A stretch of DNA of 64,000 nucleotides, taken from positions 7,076 through 71,075 of the forward strand of contig CALXTF010000005.1 in assembly GCA_944391335.1 (NCBI GenBank), read 5' to 3'. This document shows, one piece after another, positions 17,854 to 27,347 of the stretch. Position 1 is the first letter of the stretch. Each line of letters begins with the position of its first letter. Both the position numbers and the translations under genes were made by a program. The notes beneath the pieces are model-generated. The model made no database searches. It saw only the letters and a list, made by a program, of their open reading frames with translations, and was not told the DNA's origin. Origin of the DNA: an uncultured Alphaproteobacteria bacterium (lineage in GTDB: Bacteria > Pseudomonadota > Alphaproteobacteria > RF32 > CAG-239).

Positions 17854-19515
17854 TTAACGACGTCTCAAAAATGATGGAATATCTAAATCAACATTATTAT
17901 CTTCGTCATCACTATTAGTAAAAGTCGGAGTTATAGGCTCTTGATGATGTTCAATTTCTTGTTTTTTCTTACGATTGCGTCTGGCAATAGAAAAACCTGT
18001 TACTCGTTCAATGAGGGTAGGGGTATATTCTTCATCATCGTCATCATCGTTAATGATTAATTTTTCCGTATTATCATCTTTAGGTGCTGCAAATAATTGA
18101 GGATTATGACCAAATAGTTCCGGTTCTTCTTCAACAATTTGCGGTTTCGTTTTTGAGGTAAAAGTATTATTTGTTTCTGAAAGTAATGTTTCTAATTGAC
18201 TGTCGGCATCACTAAATTCATTTTTATTTAATATGGCATTAAATAAAGATGAAGCTTGAGGTATATCATTTAGAGATGAAGATTGTATAAAAGAAGATTT
18301 TTCTTGATTATTATTTTCATTATCTTTAGTTGTTTCTTCTTGATTATTATTTATAGAAATATTTTCTTGGTTTGTTTCTTCTAAAGTTGTGTCTTCATTG
18401 GTTTGTATGGTTGCTGAAAATTTAGCTAGTTTTGAATCCATTTCCTCACTAGGGGTTGCAGGTAAGATATTTTCTTCAGAATAACTTTCTTCTATATAAT
18501 TGACAGCTATGGGTTGAGGTTTGTTTTTTATAGTTTCCATGGAAGAATTCTCAATTCCTGTCGCCACGATTGAAACACGGATTTTACCTGCGAGATTTTC
18601 ATCAAAACTAGAGCCAAAAATAATATTAGCTTCTTCATCAACTTCTTCTTTAATTCGATTAGCTGCTTCATCAATTTCGAATAAAGTAATGTCCATTCCG
18701 CCTGTAATATTAATAAGGACGCCTTTTGCTCCTTTCATATTACTGTCATCCAAAAGTGGATTAGAAAGAGCTTGTTCAGCTGCTTTTATCGCGCGATTTT
18801 CTCCTTCTGCTTCACCTGTTCCCATAATAGCTTTACCTTTATCTTCCATAATGCTTTTAATGTCAGCAAAATCAAGATTAATTAATCCCGGCATAATCAT
18901 TAAATCGGTAATAGATCTGACACCATCATAAAGAACATTATCTGCCATAACAAAAGCATCGGCTAAAGTTGTACTTTTATCGGCGATGCGAAATAAATTT
19001 TGATTAGGGATAATAATGATACTGTCTACGGCTTCCGTAAAATCTTTAAGAGCTTCTTCGGCAATTTGGTAACGTCTTTTCCCTTCAAATTGAAAAGGTT
19101 TAGTAACAACACCAATTGTTAAAATACCTTTTTGTTTAGCAAGACGGGCAACAACAGGAGCAGCACCGGAACCGGTACCGCCGCCCATACCTGCGGTAAT
19201 AAAGACCATATTGGCACCTTCAAGTTCTTTTTCTATTTCTTCAGTAGCTTCTTCAGCGGCTTTCCGACCAACTTCGGGACAAGCTCCGGCACCTAAGCCT
19301 CGAGTTGTTTCAATACCAAGTTGAATTTTCCGACCTGATTTTGAGTTGGCAAGGGCTTGGGCGTCGGTGTTGGCAACAATAAAATCAACACCTTCAAGGT
19401 TTTTAGCAATCATGTTGTTGACGGCATTGCCGCCGCCGCCGCCGACACCGATAACCGAAATGCGTGGTTTCAAGGTAATCATGTTGGTTTCTGGTATTGC
19501 TAAATTTATTGACAT
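17854..19515 (-). CDS. ftsZ: Cell division protein FtsZ, with a long disordered C-terminal linker
   Basis: '[13 protein letters not shown]', '[13 protein letters not shown]' and a terminal 'DIPSFLRRR' peptide. Confidence 0.97.
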   Translation of the reverse strand: MSINLAIPETNMITLKPRISVIGVGGGGGNAVNNMIAKNLEGVDFIVANTDAQALANSKSGRKIQLGIETTRGLGAGACPEVGRKAAEEATEEIEKELEGANMVFITAGMGGGTGSGAAPVVARLAKQKGILTIGVVTKPFQFEGKRRYQIAEEALKDFTEAVDSIIIIPNQNLFRIADKSTTLADAFVMADNVLYDGVRSITDLMIMPGLINLDFADIKSIMEDKGKAIMGTGEAEGENRAIKAAEQALSNPLLDDSNMKGAKGVLINITGGMDITLFEIDEAANRIKEEVDEEANIIFGSSFDENLAGKIRVSIVATGIENSSMETIKNKPQPIAVNYIEESYSEENILPATPSEEMDSKLAKFSATIQTNEDTTLEETNQENISINNNQEETTKDNENNNQEKSSFIQSSSLNDIPQASSLFNAILNKNEFSDADSQLETLLSETNNTFTSKTKPQIVEEEPELFGHNPQLFAAPKDDNTEKLIINDDDDDEEYTPTLIERVTGFSIARRNRKKKQEIEHHQEPITPTFTNSDDEDNNVDLDIPSFLRRR

Positions 19516-19613
19516 TGTTTGCTCCCGTTTATGTTATGCTGTAATTATTTTTTTATACCATATTATAAACTAATTAAGGTTTGGTTACTAAAAACATTTA
19601 TTTAGATATTTTA

Positions 19614-20885
19614 TTAAAAATTTTGTTTTAACCAATTGATAATTCGACTGATACACCCATTGTTATTGTTAAGTGGTTTGTTAATTATTTTGTTGGGTTT
19701 TCTTTCGGTATAATTAAGAACAAATAAAAGTAGACCTATAACAGTAGAAAATTCAGGGGATTGTAAACGTGTGTAGCCTGAGATATCCAATGTATTGCCT
19801 ATATTATGCGGATGTCCGAGTCTGACTTGTTTATCTAAAACCATGGCGGCGACATCTCGTATTCCCGTCAAGTGGGAACCTCCACCCGTTAGAACAACAC
19901 GGTGACTGGTTATATCTTTCAAACCATGTTCGGTTAATTTTTGATTGACCATTTCAAAAATTTCTTCGACTCGTGGAGCTATTATTCCTATTAATTTGGC
20001 TTTTGGCACTTGACGAATTAAACTGTCATCTTCTTCCCCTATGGGATAGACATTAATTGTTTCGGTTTTATCTTGTGAAGTCATAAAAGCGCAACCATGT
20101 AAAGTTTTTAGTCGTTCCGCGTGACTGGCGGAAGTAGTTAATCCCCATGCTATGTCTCGTGTAATATTATCGCTGCCAACACCAATAGAGCTGAAATAAA
20201 CAGGGTGTCCATGACTAAAAGTGGCAATACTTGTTGTTCCTCCTCCTATATCAACAATTGTGGCGCCAAGTTCTTTTTCATCATCAACCAAGCATGATAG
20301 TCCTGAAGCATATGCCGATAATGCTTTTTCTGCTATTTCAAGATGGGAATTATCAAGTACCGTTTTAACATTTCGATATGTGATTTCCGGTACCAGACCT
20401 AATAACATATCAACAGATAAACTTTCTCCGTAAAGATTACGGGGATCATTTGTTTCTTCGCCAAAATCAAGCCGGTAACCTGTGGGAAGACAATGAATTA
20501 ACTCATTATTTTCAACATTGATTTTGTTAATACCTTTTTCAATAACTTTTTTAATGTCATTTTCGGTTACAGGTTTAGATTTATTAAGATTAATAACAGA
20601 ACGACGGATATTGCTTTTGACTTTACTGCCGGAAACATTAACTATAATGCGGTTGATACGTTCATTTGCTTTTTGTTCCGCAGCTTCTACCGCATCACAA
20701 ACAGAATATGTGGCTTGTTTTATATCTGTTATAATGCCGTTTTTTATTCCTTTTGAAGCATTGTAACCATAACCAACTATATTAATTTTTTGATCTCGGC
20801 TAATACGAGCAATAACGCAACAAACTTTAGAAGAACCTATATCTAAAGCTGCAATTGTCGTCATTCTGTTAAATGAGTTGGTCAC
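19614..20885 (-). CDS. ftsA: Cell division protein FtsA
   Basis: Actin-like 'LDIGSSKV' and 'VDIGGGTT'. Position between ftsQ and ftsZ. GTG start with AAAGG upstream. Confidence 0.95.
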   Translation of the reverse strand: MTNSFNRMTTIAALDIGSSKVCCVIARISRDQKINIVGYGYNASKGIKNGIITDIKQATYSVCDAVEAAEQKANERINRIIVNVSGSKVKSNIRRSVINLNKSKPVTENDIKKVIEKGINKINVENNELIHCLPTGYRLDFGEETNDPRNLYGESLSVDMLLGLVPEITYRNVKTVLDNSHLEIAEKALSAYASGLSCLVDDEKELGATIVDIGGGTTSIATFSHGHPVYFSSIGVGSDNITRDIAWGLTTSASHAERLKTLHGCAFMTSQDKTETINVYPIGEEDDSLIRQVPKAKLIGIIAPRVEEIFEMVNQKLTEHGLKDITSHRVVLTGGGSHLTGIRDVAAMVLDKQVRLGHPHNIGNTLDISGYTRLQSPEFSTVIGLLLFVLNYTERKPNKIINKPLNNNNGCISRIINWLKQNF

Positions 20886-20916
20886 TTTATTTTGCCTTTC
20901 ATCTTATCTATAAAAC

Positions 20917-21789
20917 TTAAATTGTCTTATCTTGTTCTAAATATTCTATATCATCGGCACTTTTACGCGGCTTGATTAAAACCTTTTGTGGAAATCTTAA
21001 ATCAATGATGGTTAATTTACGTTTAAGAATTCCCTGTGTTTTATTTAATTTTAACAATTTTTTCCATGCTTGTTCCATGTTTTCTGCCGGAAGTTTAATT
21101 GTAATTCCATTATCAATATCATCTAAGATTAAATCCCAACGACGATCGGAAATAAAATTAGCAGCTTTAACGCGTGGATAAATGGAGTTATTTTCTTTAA
21201 TGACAGATAAGAGTTCTTTTAGATGATCGGGAGCATTGCGACCAATAATTAACAATAAGGGATGTGAGGGAATATAATCGGCATGAATAATTGAACCTTG
21301 AGTATCTACCGGATAAAATTGATTGTTTATTTGCCATAATGAACTAACTTTTTTTTCTTTTAATCTAATTTTTATTATATTAGGCAAATACGAACGTTCA
21401 ACTGTTGCTGATTTTATCCAAGGGAGTTGTTCTAAATCGTTTTTAATTTGTCTGATATCTAAAGCTAATATATTATCGCCGCGGCGAGTGTTTACAATAT
21501 TATAAATTTCTTCTAAAGCCGTTTTGTCTCGACCATATATGATAATGTCATCAATTGTAAAACCAATATATGACGTGATGCCATAAAAATAATCCGATAA
21601 CGAATTGAGTTGTCGTGTGACTAAATTGCTTTTTATAATTAAAATTCCAAAAACCGCAAAAATCAAAAGCAATAAAAGTAAAATATTACCTAGCAAACGA
21701 TAGGGCCATAATCGCGGGAGTATGACTTTATTATCATTTGTCGTTAAAGGTGTATAATTAGGTGTGTTGTTGTTGGGTGTTTCATTCAT
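20917..21789 (-). CDS. ftsQ: Cell division protein FtsQ
   Basis: Single TM helix followed by POTRA and FtsQ-type domains ('LPWIKSATVERSYLPNIIKIRLKE'). Conserved synteny. Confidence 0.85.
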   Translation of the reverse strand: MNETPNNNTPNYTPLTTNDNKVILPRLWPYRLLGNILLLLLLIFAVFGILIIKSNLVTRQLNSLSDYFYGITSYIGFTIDDIIIYGRDKTALEEIYNIVNTRRGDNILALDIRQIKNDLEQLPWIKSATVERSYLPNIIKIRLKEKKVSSLWQINNQFYPVDTQGSIIHADYIPSHPLLLIIGRNAPDHLKELLSVIKENNSIYPRVKAANFISDRRWDLILDDIDNGITIKLPAENMEQAWKKLLKLNKTQGILKRKLTIIDLRFPQKVLIKPRKSADDIEYLEQDKTI

Positions 21790-21793
21790 TTAT

Positions 21794-22723
21794 TTATTCA
21801 ATCCCAAGTCTTCTTATTTCCCATTCCAATTTGATAGATGTTTGTTGATATACTCTTTGAATAATCATTTCCCCTAATGTTTCAATATCTTTAGCTGTGG
21901 CACTGCCTGTATTGATAAGAAAATTGCAATGTTTTTCTGATACTTTTGCTCCGCCGACAACAAGTTTATCGCTGCCGGTTTTCTTTATTAACTCCCAAGC
22001 TTTTAGTCCTTCCGGATTCTTAAAAGTTGAACCGGCTGTTTTTTGATTATATGGTTGATGTTGTTGTCTATATTCTTTTTGTTGTTCTAGTATTTGATTG
22101 ATTTCTTCTGTTGGGCAATGTTTAATATTAAAACTTATCGAAAGGATAATCCAATCTTCCGGAAATAAGCTGTTGCGATAGGATAGACCTAAATCTGTAG
22201 CACTAACGGTTTGTATTTTTCCTTCACTATCTATGATTGTAGCTGATTGCATAACATCACTGACTGATTTTCCAAAACATCCCGCATTTGTTCTAATTGA
22301 GCCGCCTATCGTACCGGGAATGGAACAAAGAAATTCTATATTTCCACATCCATGATAAAGCAGATGTTTTTTCAAATTTGTATTATGAACACCGGCTCCG
22401 CAAGTTATTGTGTTTTCACTTAAAGAAACTTTCTGAAACGCCGCGTTGTCTAATTTAATTACAACTCCGGGAATTCCTCCATCTCGAACCAGTAAATTTG
22501 AACCGCCGCCAATTACATAGATCGGTATATTATGCGGTTTATGTTGTAAAAAATATATTAAATCGTTAATGTCCGCCGGAATATACATTACTTCCGCATT
22601 TCCGCCGACATTAAACCATGTGTGGCGGGATAAACTTATATTTTGTAAATATCGTCCTCTTACTTTGGGTAAGATTTTAATTATTGAATCTTTGGATTGT
22701 AATTTAAAATGCAGACTCAACAT
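21794..22723 (-). CDS. murB: UDP-N-acetylenolpyruvoylglucosamine reductase
   Basis: FAD-binding 'GGGSNLLV', 'AGSTFKNP' and a MurB C-terminal domain. Confidence 0.93.
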   Translation of the reverse strand: MLSLHFKLQSKDSIIKILPKVRGRYLQNISLSRHTWFNVGGNAEVMYIPADINDLIYFLQHKPHNIPIYVIGGGSNLLVRDGGIPGVVIKLDNAAFQKVSLSENTITCGAGVHNTNLKKHLLYHGCGNIEFLCSIPGTIGGSIRTNAGCFGKSVSDVMQSATIIDSEGKIQTVSATDLGLSYRNSLFPEDWIILSISFNIKHCPTEEINQILEQQKEYRQQHQPYNQKTAGSTFKNPEGLKAWELIKKTGSDKLVVGGAKVSEKHCNFLINTGSATAKDIETLGEMIIQRVYQQTSIKLEWEIRRLGIE

Positions 22724-22724
22724 T

Positions 22725-23864
22725 TTATTTTGCTCCTGTTTGAGCCGTTGCTGAAATTAATATTTTACTTTCAAGTGCATCTGCAAAGCGTTTAGAAGCA
22801 TCAATAATGGCAGATTTTTTGGCATTTTCCGACATGGTTTTTAAGCGTGTCGGATTTTGTAAAAGATCATTTAAAATTACAGATAGTGTTGATGGCGTGA
22901 AATCTTTTTGTGAAAGAACAATACCACTTTTATTATTTTTTATTTCTGCCGCATTAACGGTTTGATGATCGTCAGCAGCCGTAGGCAAAGGGACTAATAT
23001 TGAAGCAATACCGGAAGCTTCAATTTCAAAAATTGAAGAAGCTCCCGCTCGAGAAATTATTAAATGATGGTGATTATATAATTCCGGCATATTATTAAAA
23101 AAATTCTTTATATCAACTTTACATAGACTTTCATTGTATGTTGATTGAACATGATTAATGTCTTCTTCTCGGCATTGTTGGGTAATGTGAATTTTCTTTT
23201 GTTGTTTTGGGGATAATAATTTAATTGCTTGCGGAATGATGTCTGAAAATATTTTTGCTCCTTGTGAGCCGCCGATTATTAAGATATTAAAAGGTAAATT
23301 TTTACTTATTTTTGGGCGAGGTTGATTATAAAGGGCGGTAATGGATTGACGAATAGGCATACCGATTAAAACCGTTTTACGACCACTGGGCGCATATTTT
23401 GTTTTTTTGAAACTTGTCGCAACAAATGTTGCGTATTTGCTAAGAAAACGATTGGTTCTGCTCATAATAGAGTTTTGTTCATGTATAATAAGGTCAATAC
23501 CAAGTAAAATAGCCGCAACAGAACAAGGAAATGACGCATATCCGCCAAAACCAATGACACACGCTGGTTTTTTCTTGAGAAGTAATCTTATTGATTGAAT
23601 GATTCCATACATAGTTTTAATTAAGTTTTTGATTTTAAGCCATTTTGATTTTCCCATTAAAGGACCGGAAGAAACAGATATATTAGGAATTTTGCTTAAG
23701 TTTCCATGGTAATTGTCTAAACCTCTTTTATCTGAAACAAAAAGCAGTCTATAATTGCGTTGTTCTAATTCTTCGGCTAAGGCTTCGGCCGGATATATAT
23801 GACCGCCTGTTCCTCCTGCCGTAAGGATAATCAGCGGTTTTTGAATTTTTTTCTTTTTAGACAT
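22725..23864 (-). CDS. murG: Undecaprenyldiphospho-muramoylpentapeptide beta-N-acetylglucosaminyltransferase
   Basis: 'LTAGGTGGHIYPA' and 'ISRAGASSIFE'. The ATG at 23864 has GGAGGA upstream and overlaps the ftsW stop (ATGTCTAA). Confidence 0.93.
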   Translation of the reverse strand: MSKKKKIQKPLIILTAGGTGGHIYPAEALAEELEQRNYRLLFVSDKRGLDNYHGNLSKIPNISVSSGPLMGKSKWLKIKNLIKTMYGIIQSIRLLLKKKPACVIGFGGYASFPCSVAAILLGIDLIIHEQNSIMSRTNRFLSKYATFVATSFKKTKYAPSGRKTVLIGMPIRQSITALYNQPRPKISKNLPFNILIIGGSQGAKIFSDIIPQAIKLLSPKQQKKIHITQQCREEDINHVQSTYNESLCKVDIKNFFNNMPELYNHHHLIISRAGASSIFEIEASGIASILVPLPTAADDHQTVNAAEIKNNKSGIVLSQKDFTPSTLSVILNDLLQNPTRLKTMSENAKKSAIIDASKRFADALESKILISATAQTGAK

Positions 23865-24987
23865 CGTCTTTATCCTCCGCATGAACGTTTTTACGAGTTA
23901 TAGCCAATAACATACCGGTACCGATTGCTGTGGCAAGCATTGAGGACCCTCCATAAGAAATAAATGGCAAAGTCATTCCCTTGGTTGGCATCAAGTGTAA
24001 AGTTGAGGCCATGTTGATAATTGATTGTAAACCAAAAGATGCTGCTAGTCCAGAGGCCGATAGAATAATAAACAGGTTATTATCTTTACAGGATATAATT
24101 ATAGAACGTACGACAATGATTAGATATAAGGTTACTATTGTCAAACAAAGAAATATACCATATTCTTCACCAGCCACGGCAAAAATGAAATCAGTATGGG
24201 CATCGGGAATATTGGATCGAACAATTCCTTCTCCTGGACCTCGTCCGAATAAGTTGCCGCTTTGAAAAGCTTCTATTGATTTTTTGACTTGATAACTTAA
24301 TTCATTTCCTGAAGCTAAAAATTGATGAATGCGAATTTGAAAATGGGGAAAAACAAAATAGGCCGTTATCAACCCGCCTAAAACAAAAAGAAATGCGCTA
24401 CCTAACCATAACCAAGGTAGTCCGTTTAAAAAGAATTGAAATAACCATACTGCCGTTATGACCATTGTCATTCCAATATCAGGTTGATGAAAAATAAGCA
24501 GAGCAGTAAATGCAAATAATACGGTAGATAGGAGATTACCTGGAAAATCAGGATTTTTCCGCTCACCATCAAAAAGCCAAGCAGCGGTTACAATAAAAAA
24601 AGGTTTAACAAATTCCGAAGGTTGTAACGAAAATCCTAAAAGCATAAGCCATCGTGACGCCCCTTTGTTTTGTTCGCCAAAGAAAAAAGTACATATTACC
24701 AAAAAGATAGCTGTTAAATAACCTATTAGGGATAAACGGCGAATAAATTTCAATTTTTGCATAGAAAGCACGATCATTATAAGATAAGCCGTTGGGGCAA
24801 AAATAAGATGACGCTTAATAAAATGATAACTTTCCAAACCTATTCTATCTGCTACGGCAGGACTAGCTGAAAAGCAGAGTAGTATTCCCAAAATTATCAA
24901 AAGGCTGAAGCATAAAAGTAGTGTTTTATCTATTGTCCACCACCAATTTGCTAAAAAATTTCGATTATTATGAGAAAACAACAACAA
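23857..24987 (-). CDS. ftsW: Peptidoglycan glycosyltransferase FtsW (SEDS family)
   Basis: Ten-TM SEDS pattern with 'LQPSEFVKP', 'PDAHTDFIFA' and 'LPFISYGGSS'. Confidence 0.93.
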   Translation of the reverse strand: MLLFSHNNRNFLANWWWTIDKTLLLCFSLLIILGILLCFSASPAVADRIGLESYHFIKRHLIFAPTAYLIMIVLSMQKLKFIRRLSLIGYLTAIFLVICTFFFGEQNKGASRWLMLLGFSLQPSEFVKPFFIVTAAWLFDGERKNPDFPGNLLSTVLFAFTALLIFHQPDIGMTMVITAVWLFQFFLNGLPWLWLGSAFLFVLGGLITAYFVFPHFQIRIHQFLASGNELSYQVKKSIEAFQSGNLFGRGPGEGIVRSNIPDAHTDFIFAVAGEEYGIFLCLTIVTLYLIIVVRSIIISCKDNNLFIILSASGLAASFGLQSIINMASTLHLMPTKGMTLPFISYGGSSMLATAIGTGMLLAITRKNVHAEDKDDV

Positions 24988-24999
24988 TTTAAATCTCCT

Positions 25000-26043
25000 T
25001 TATAAAAGTATGGAGGTTAGTCCTATAACGGCGCTTATAAGAGCTATAATTTGAAAACGTGCAACAACAGTTGTTTCTTTCCAACCGAGTTGTTCAAAAT
25101 GATGATGTATTGGAGCCATTAAAAAAATACGACGTTTTGTTCGTTTATACCAAAATACTTGTATCATAACCGATAAGGCTTCTATTACAAAAACCATACC
25201 GATAATTGAAAGTAGAATTTCTTGTTTGATGATAACGGCAATAGTACCGAGAAGAGCTCCTAAAGCCAATGATCCTGTATCACCCATAAAAACTTTTGCT
25301 GGTGCGCTGTTAAACCATAAAAATCCAAGACACGATCCTGCGGCAGCAGCGCATATAATAGAAATTTCTTGGTATTGAAGATGATTATTATAACTATTTG
25401 TTTCTCCATAACCAAAGGTAAGCGCAAGAATCATAAAAGCCGTAAATGATGTTAGACAAAGTCCGCCGGCTAAACCGTCTAAACCATCGCTTAAATTGAC
25501 GGCATTAGATGCACCAGTAATGACGATAATTGCAAAAGGAATATAGAGCCAGGATAAATTAAGAAAAAAATCGCTATAAGGAATATTTAATGAAAATCTT
25601 TCTGTTGGCAGAGTATTTATTGAAATTAAACTAATAACGATAAGTGATGTTATTATTTGTAAAATTAGTTTCATTTTAGCTGTCATGGCATTGGATGTTT
25701 GTTTTTTTATCTTAACGTAATCGTCAATAAAGCCGGTTATTCCAAAGATGATTATTACGGCAAAACACAACCAAATAAATAAATTAGATAAATTACACCA
25801 TAATATGGTTGAAGCGATTATGGAAAATAATATTAAAAGTCCTCCCATAGTCGGAGTACCTTTTTTAGTCAAGAGATGGCTTTGTGGACCATCTGTTCGT
25901 ATCGGTTGACCGGATTTTTGATGTCTATGGAGGATAAAAATAAATTTATTACCGCAAATTAAGACAACAAATGCTGCAGTTAAAAAAGCAGCAATCGTTC
26001 GAATAAGTATAGTTGTTTTAAGAGTAAATAAAGCTGTAAACAT
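25000..26043 (-). CDS. mraY: Phospho-N-acetylmuramoyl-pentapeptide transferase
   Basis: 'GTPTMGG', 'NAVNLSDGLDGLA', 'MGDTGSLALG', 'APIHHHFE'. Confidence 0.95.
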   Translation of the reverse strand: MFTALFTLKTTILIRTIAAFLTAAFVVLICGNKFIFILHRHQKSGQPIRTDGPQSHLLTKKGTPTMGGLLILFSIIASTILWCNLSNLFIWLCFAVIIIFGITGFIDDYVKIKKQTSNAMTAKMKLILQIITSLIVISLISINTLPTERFSLNIPYSDFFLNLSWLYIPFAIIVITGASNAVNLSDGLDGLAGGLCLTSFTAFMILALTFGYGETNSYNNHLQYQEISIICAAAAGSCLGFLWFNSAPAKVFMGDTGSLALGALLGTIAVIIKQEILLSIIGMVFVIEALSVMIQVFWYKRTKRRIFLMAPIHHHFEQLGWKETTVVARFQIIALISAVIGLTSILL

Positions 26044-26201
26044 TATTGTTCCCTCTAAATTTAGAAATCTTCTTTTAATATTAAGTGAAATATATAAAAA
26101 TTTAATTAAAATTGAATAAAACTTTTCCTTTGTCTTGAATCGGCAGTCCTTCTGATTATCTATATTAAAAAATAAATAATTATAAGAAAGGTCGCCTTCA
26201 G

Positions 26202-27347
26202 ATGAACGAAAAAAAAGAATATCGAGATTGGGTATTTTCTGTTTTATTTTTGATTGTTTTAGGTTTTGCCGGATATTTTGCTTGGTTGTATTATAAAAAA
26301 CTTCCCGATACTCAAAAAAATGTATCTGAAAGAACTTTATCGGCGGCTCCGTTAATTGAGCGGGAAGTTATGATTAATAAAAATTATATTGGTTATGTTA
26401 AACCGGTTAATGAAGTTATTGTACGTCCTTATATAAGTGGTTTTATTGATAAAGTTGTTGTTAAAGGAGGGGCCGAAGTTAAAACAGGTGATATCTTGGT
26501 TATTCTTGAACAATCCGAATATAAGGCTCAGTTGGAAGCGGCTAAAGCTTCGGTGGCTCAAGCACAAGCGACATTCGATAATAATAAAATTTACTATCAG
26601 AGAATGCAAAAAGCCGGAAAACCTGCCGTGTCACAAACAGATTTAGATAATGCCAAAGCTGCTTTTTTATCCTCAAAGGCAGCGTTGGAACAAGCAAAAG
26701 CTTCACAAAATGTTGCTGAAGTCAACTTTAATTATACTTTGGTTAAAGCAACAATTGATGGCATTATTGGCGATGTTTCTTTATCTTCAGGTGATTACAT
26801 TTCACCACAAAGTTCGTTAATGACCATTATTCAATATAATCCTATGCGTGTTGTCTTTTCTCTTACCGATAAAGATTATTTAGATGAAATTACACAAGGA
26901 GAAATATTTGCAAATGAAAATATTTCTTTGAAACTTGCTAATGGTAAAATTTATACTAAATCTGGCGTGTTCCGTTATACAGATAATCAAATTGATAAAA
27001 ATACAAATTCCATAGCGATTTATGCTGATTTTGAAAATCCACAAAAAGAACTGGTAGCTAATGCTTATGTAGATGTTTTACTTCATAAAAAATATCATGG
27101 AATGATTGTTGCTAAAAATTTAGTTTTGTTAGAACCTGAGGGAAATTTTATTTATGTCGCCGGTGCAAACGGGGTTGTTAAAAGAGCTGTTGATATTATT
27201 GCTGATTATGGTGTTAGCAACTATCTTTTAAAAAATACTTTTCACCCAGGAGAAAGCATTATCCTTGATAAAATTACTGATGAGGTTAGTAAACAAAAAT
27301 TTAAAATTATTATTCAAGGATCGGCCGCGGTTGAGGAGAAAAATTGA
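26202..27347 (+). CDS. Efflux RND transporter periplasmic adaptor subunit
   Basis: N-terminal TM anchor, a biotinyl/lipoyl-like '[12 protein letters not shown]' and a coiled-coil hairpin ('[15 protein letters not shown]...'). It is followed by the RND pump. Confidence 0.85.
   Translation: MNEKKEYRDWVFSVLFLIVLGFAGYFAWLYYKKLPDTQKNVSERTLSAAPLIEREVMINKNYIGYVKPVNEVIVRPYISGFIDKVVVKGGAEVKTGDILVILEQSEYKAQLEAAKASVAQAQATFDNNKIYYQRMQKAGKPAVSQTDLDNAKAAFLSSKAALEQAKASQNVAEVNFNYTLVKATIDGIIGDVSLSSGDYISPQSSLMTIIQYNPMRVVFSLTDKDYLDEITQGEIFANENISLKLANGKIYTKSGVFRYTDNQIDKNTNSIAIYADFENPQKELVANAYVDVLLHKKYHGMIVAKNLVLLEPEGNFIYVAGANGVVKRAVDIIADYGVSNYLLKNTFHPGESIILDKITDEVSKQKFKIIIQGSAAVEEKN

Noticed and set aside
18521-18931. 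A + strand 136-aa ORF inside ftsZ. Similar shadow ORFs lie inside ftsA, ftsQ, murG, ftsW, the DUF2207 gene, the T4CP gene and gene C.
   Set aside because: They are antisense shadows of strongly supported genes. Their hydrophobic or low-complexity translations are typical of reverse-frame artefacts.
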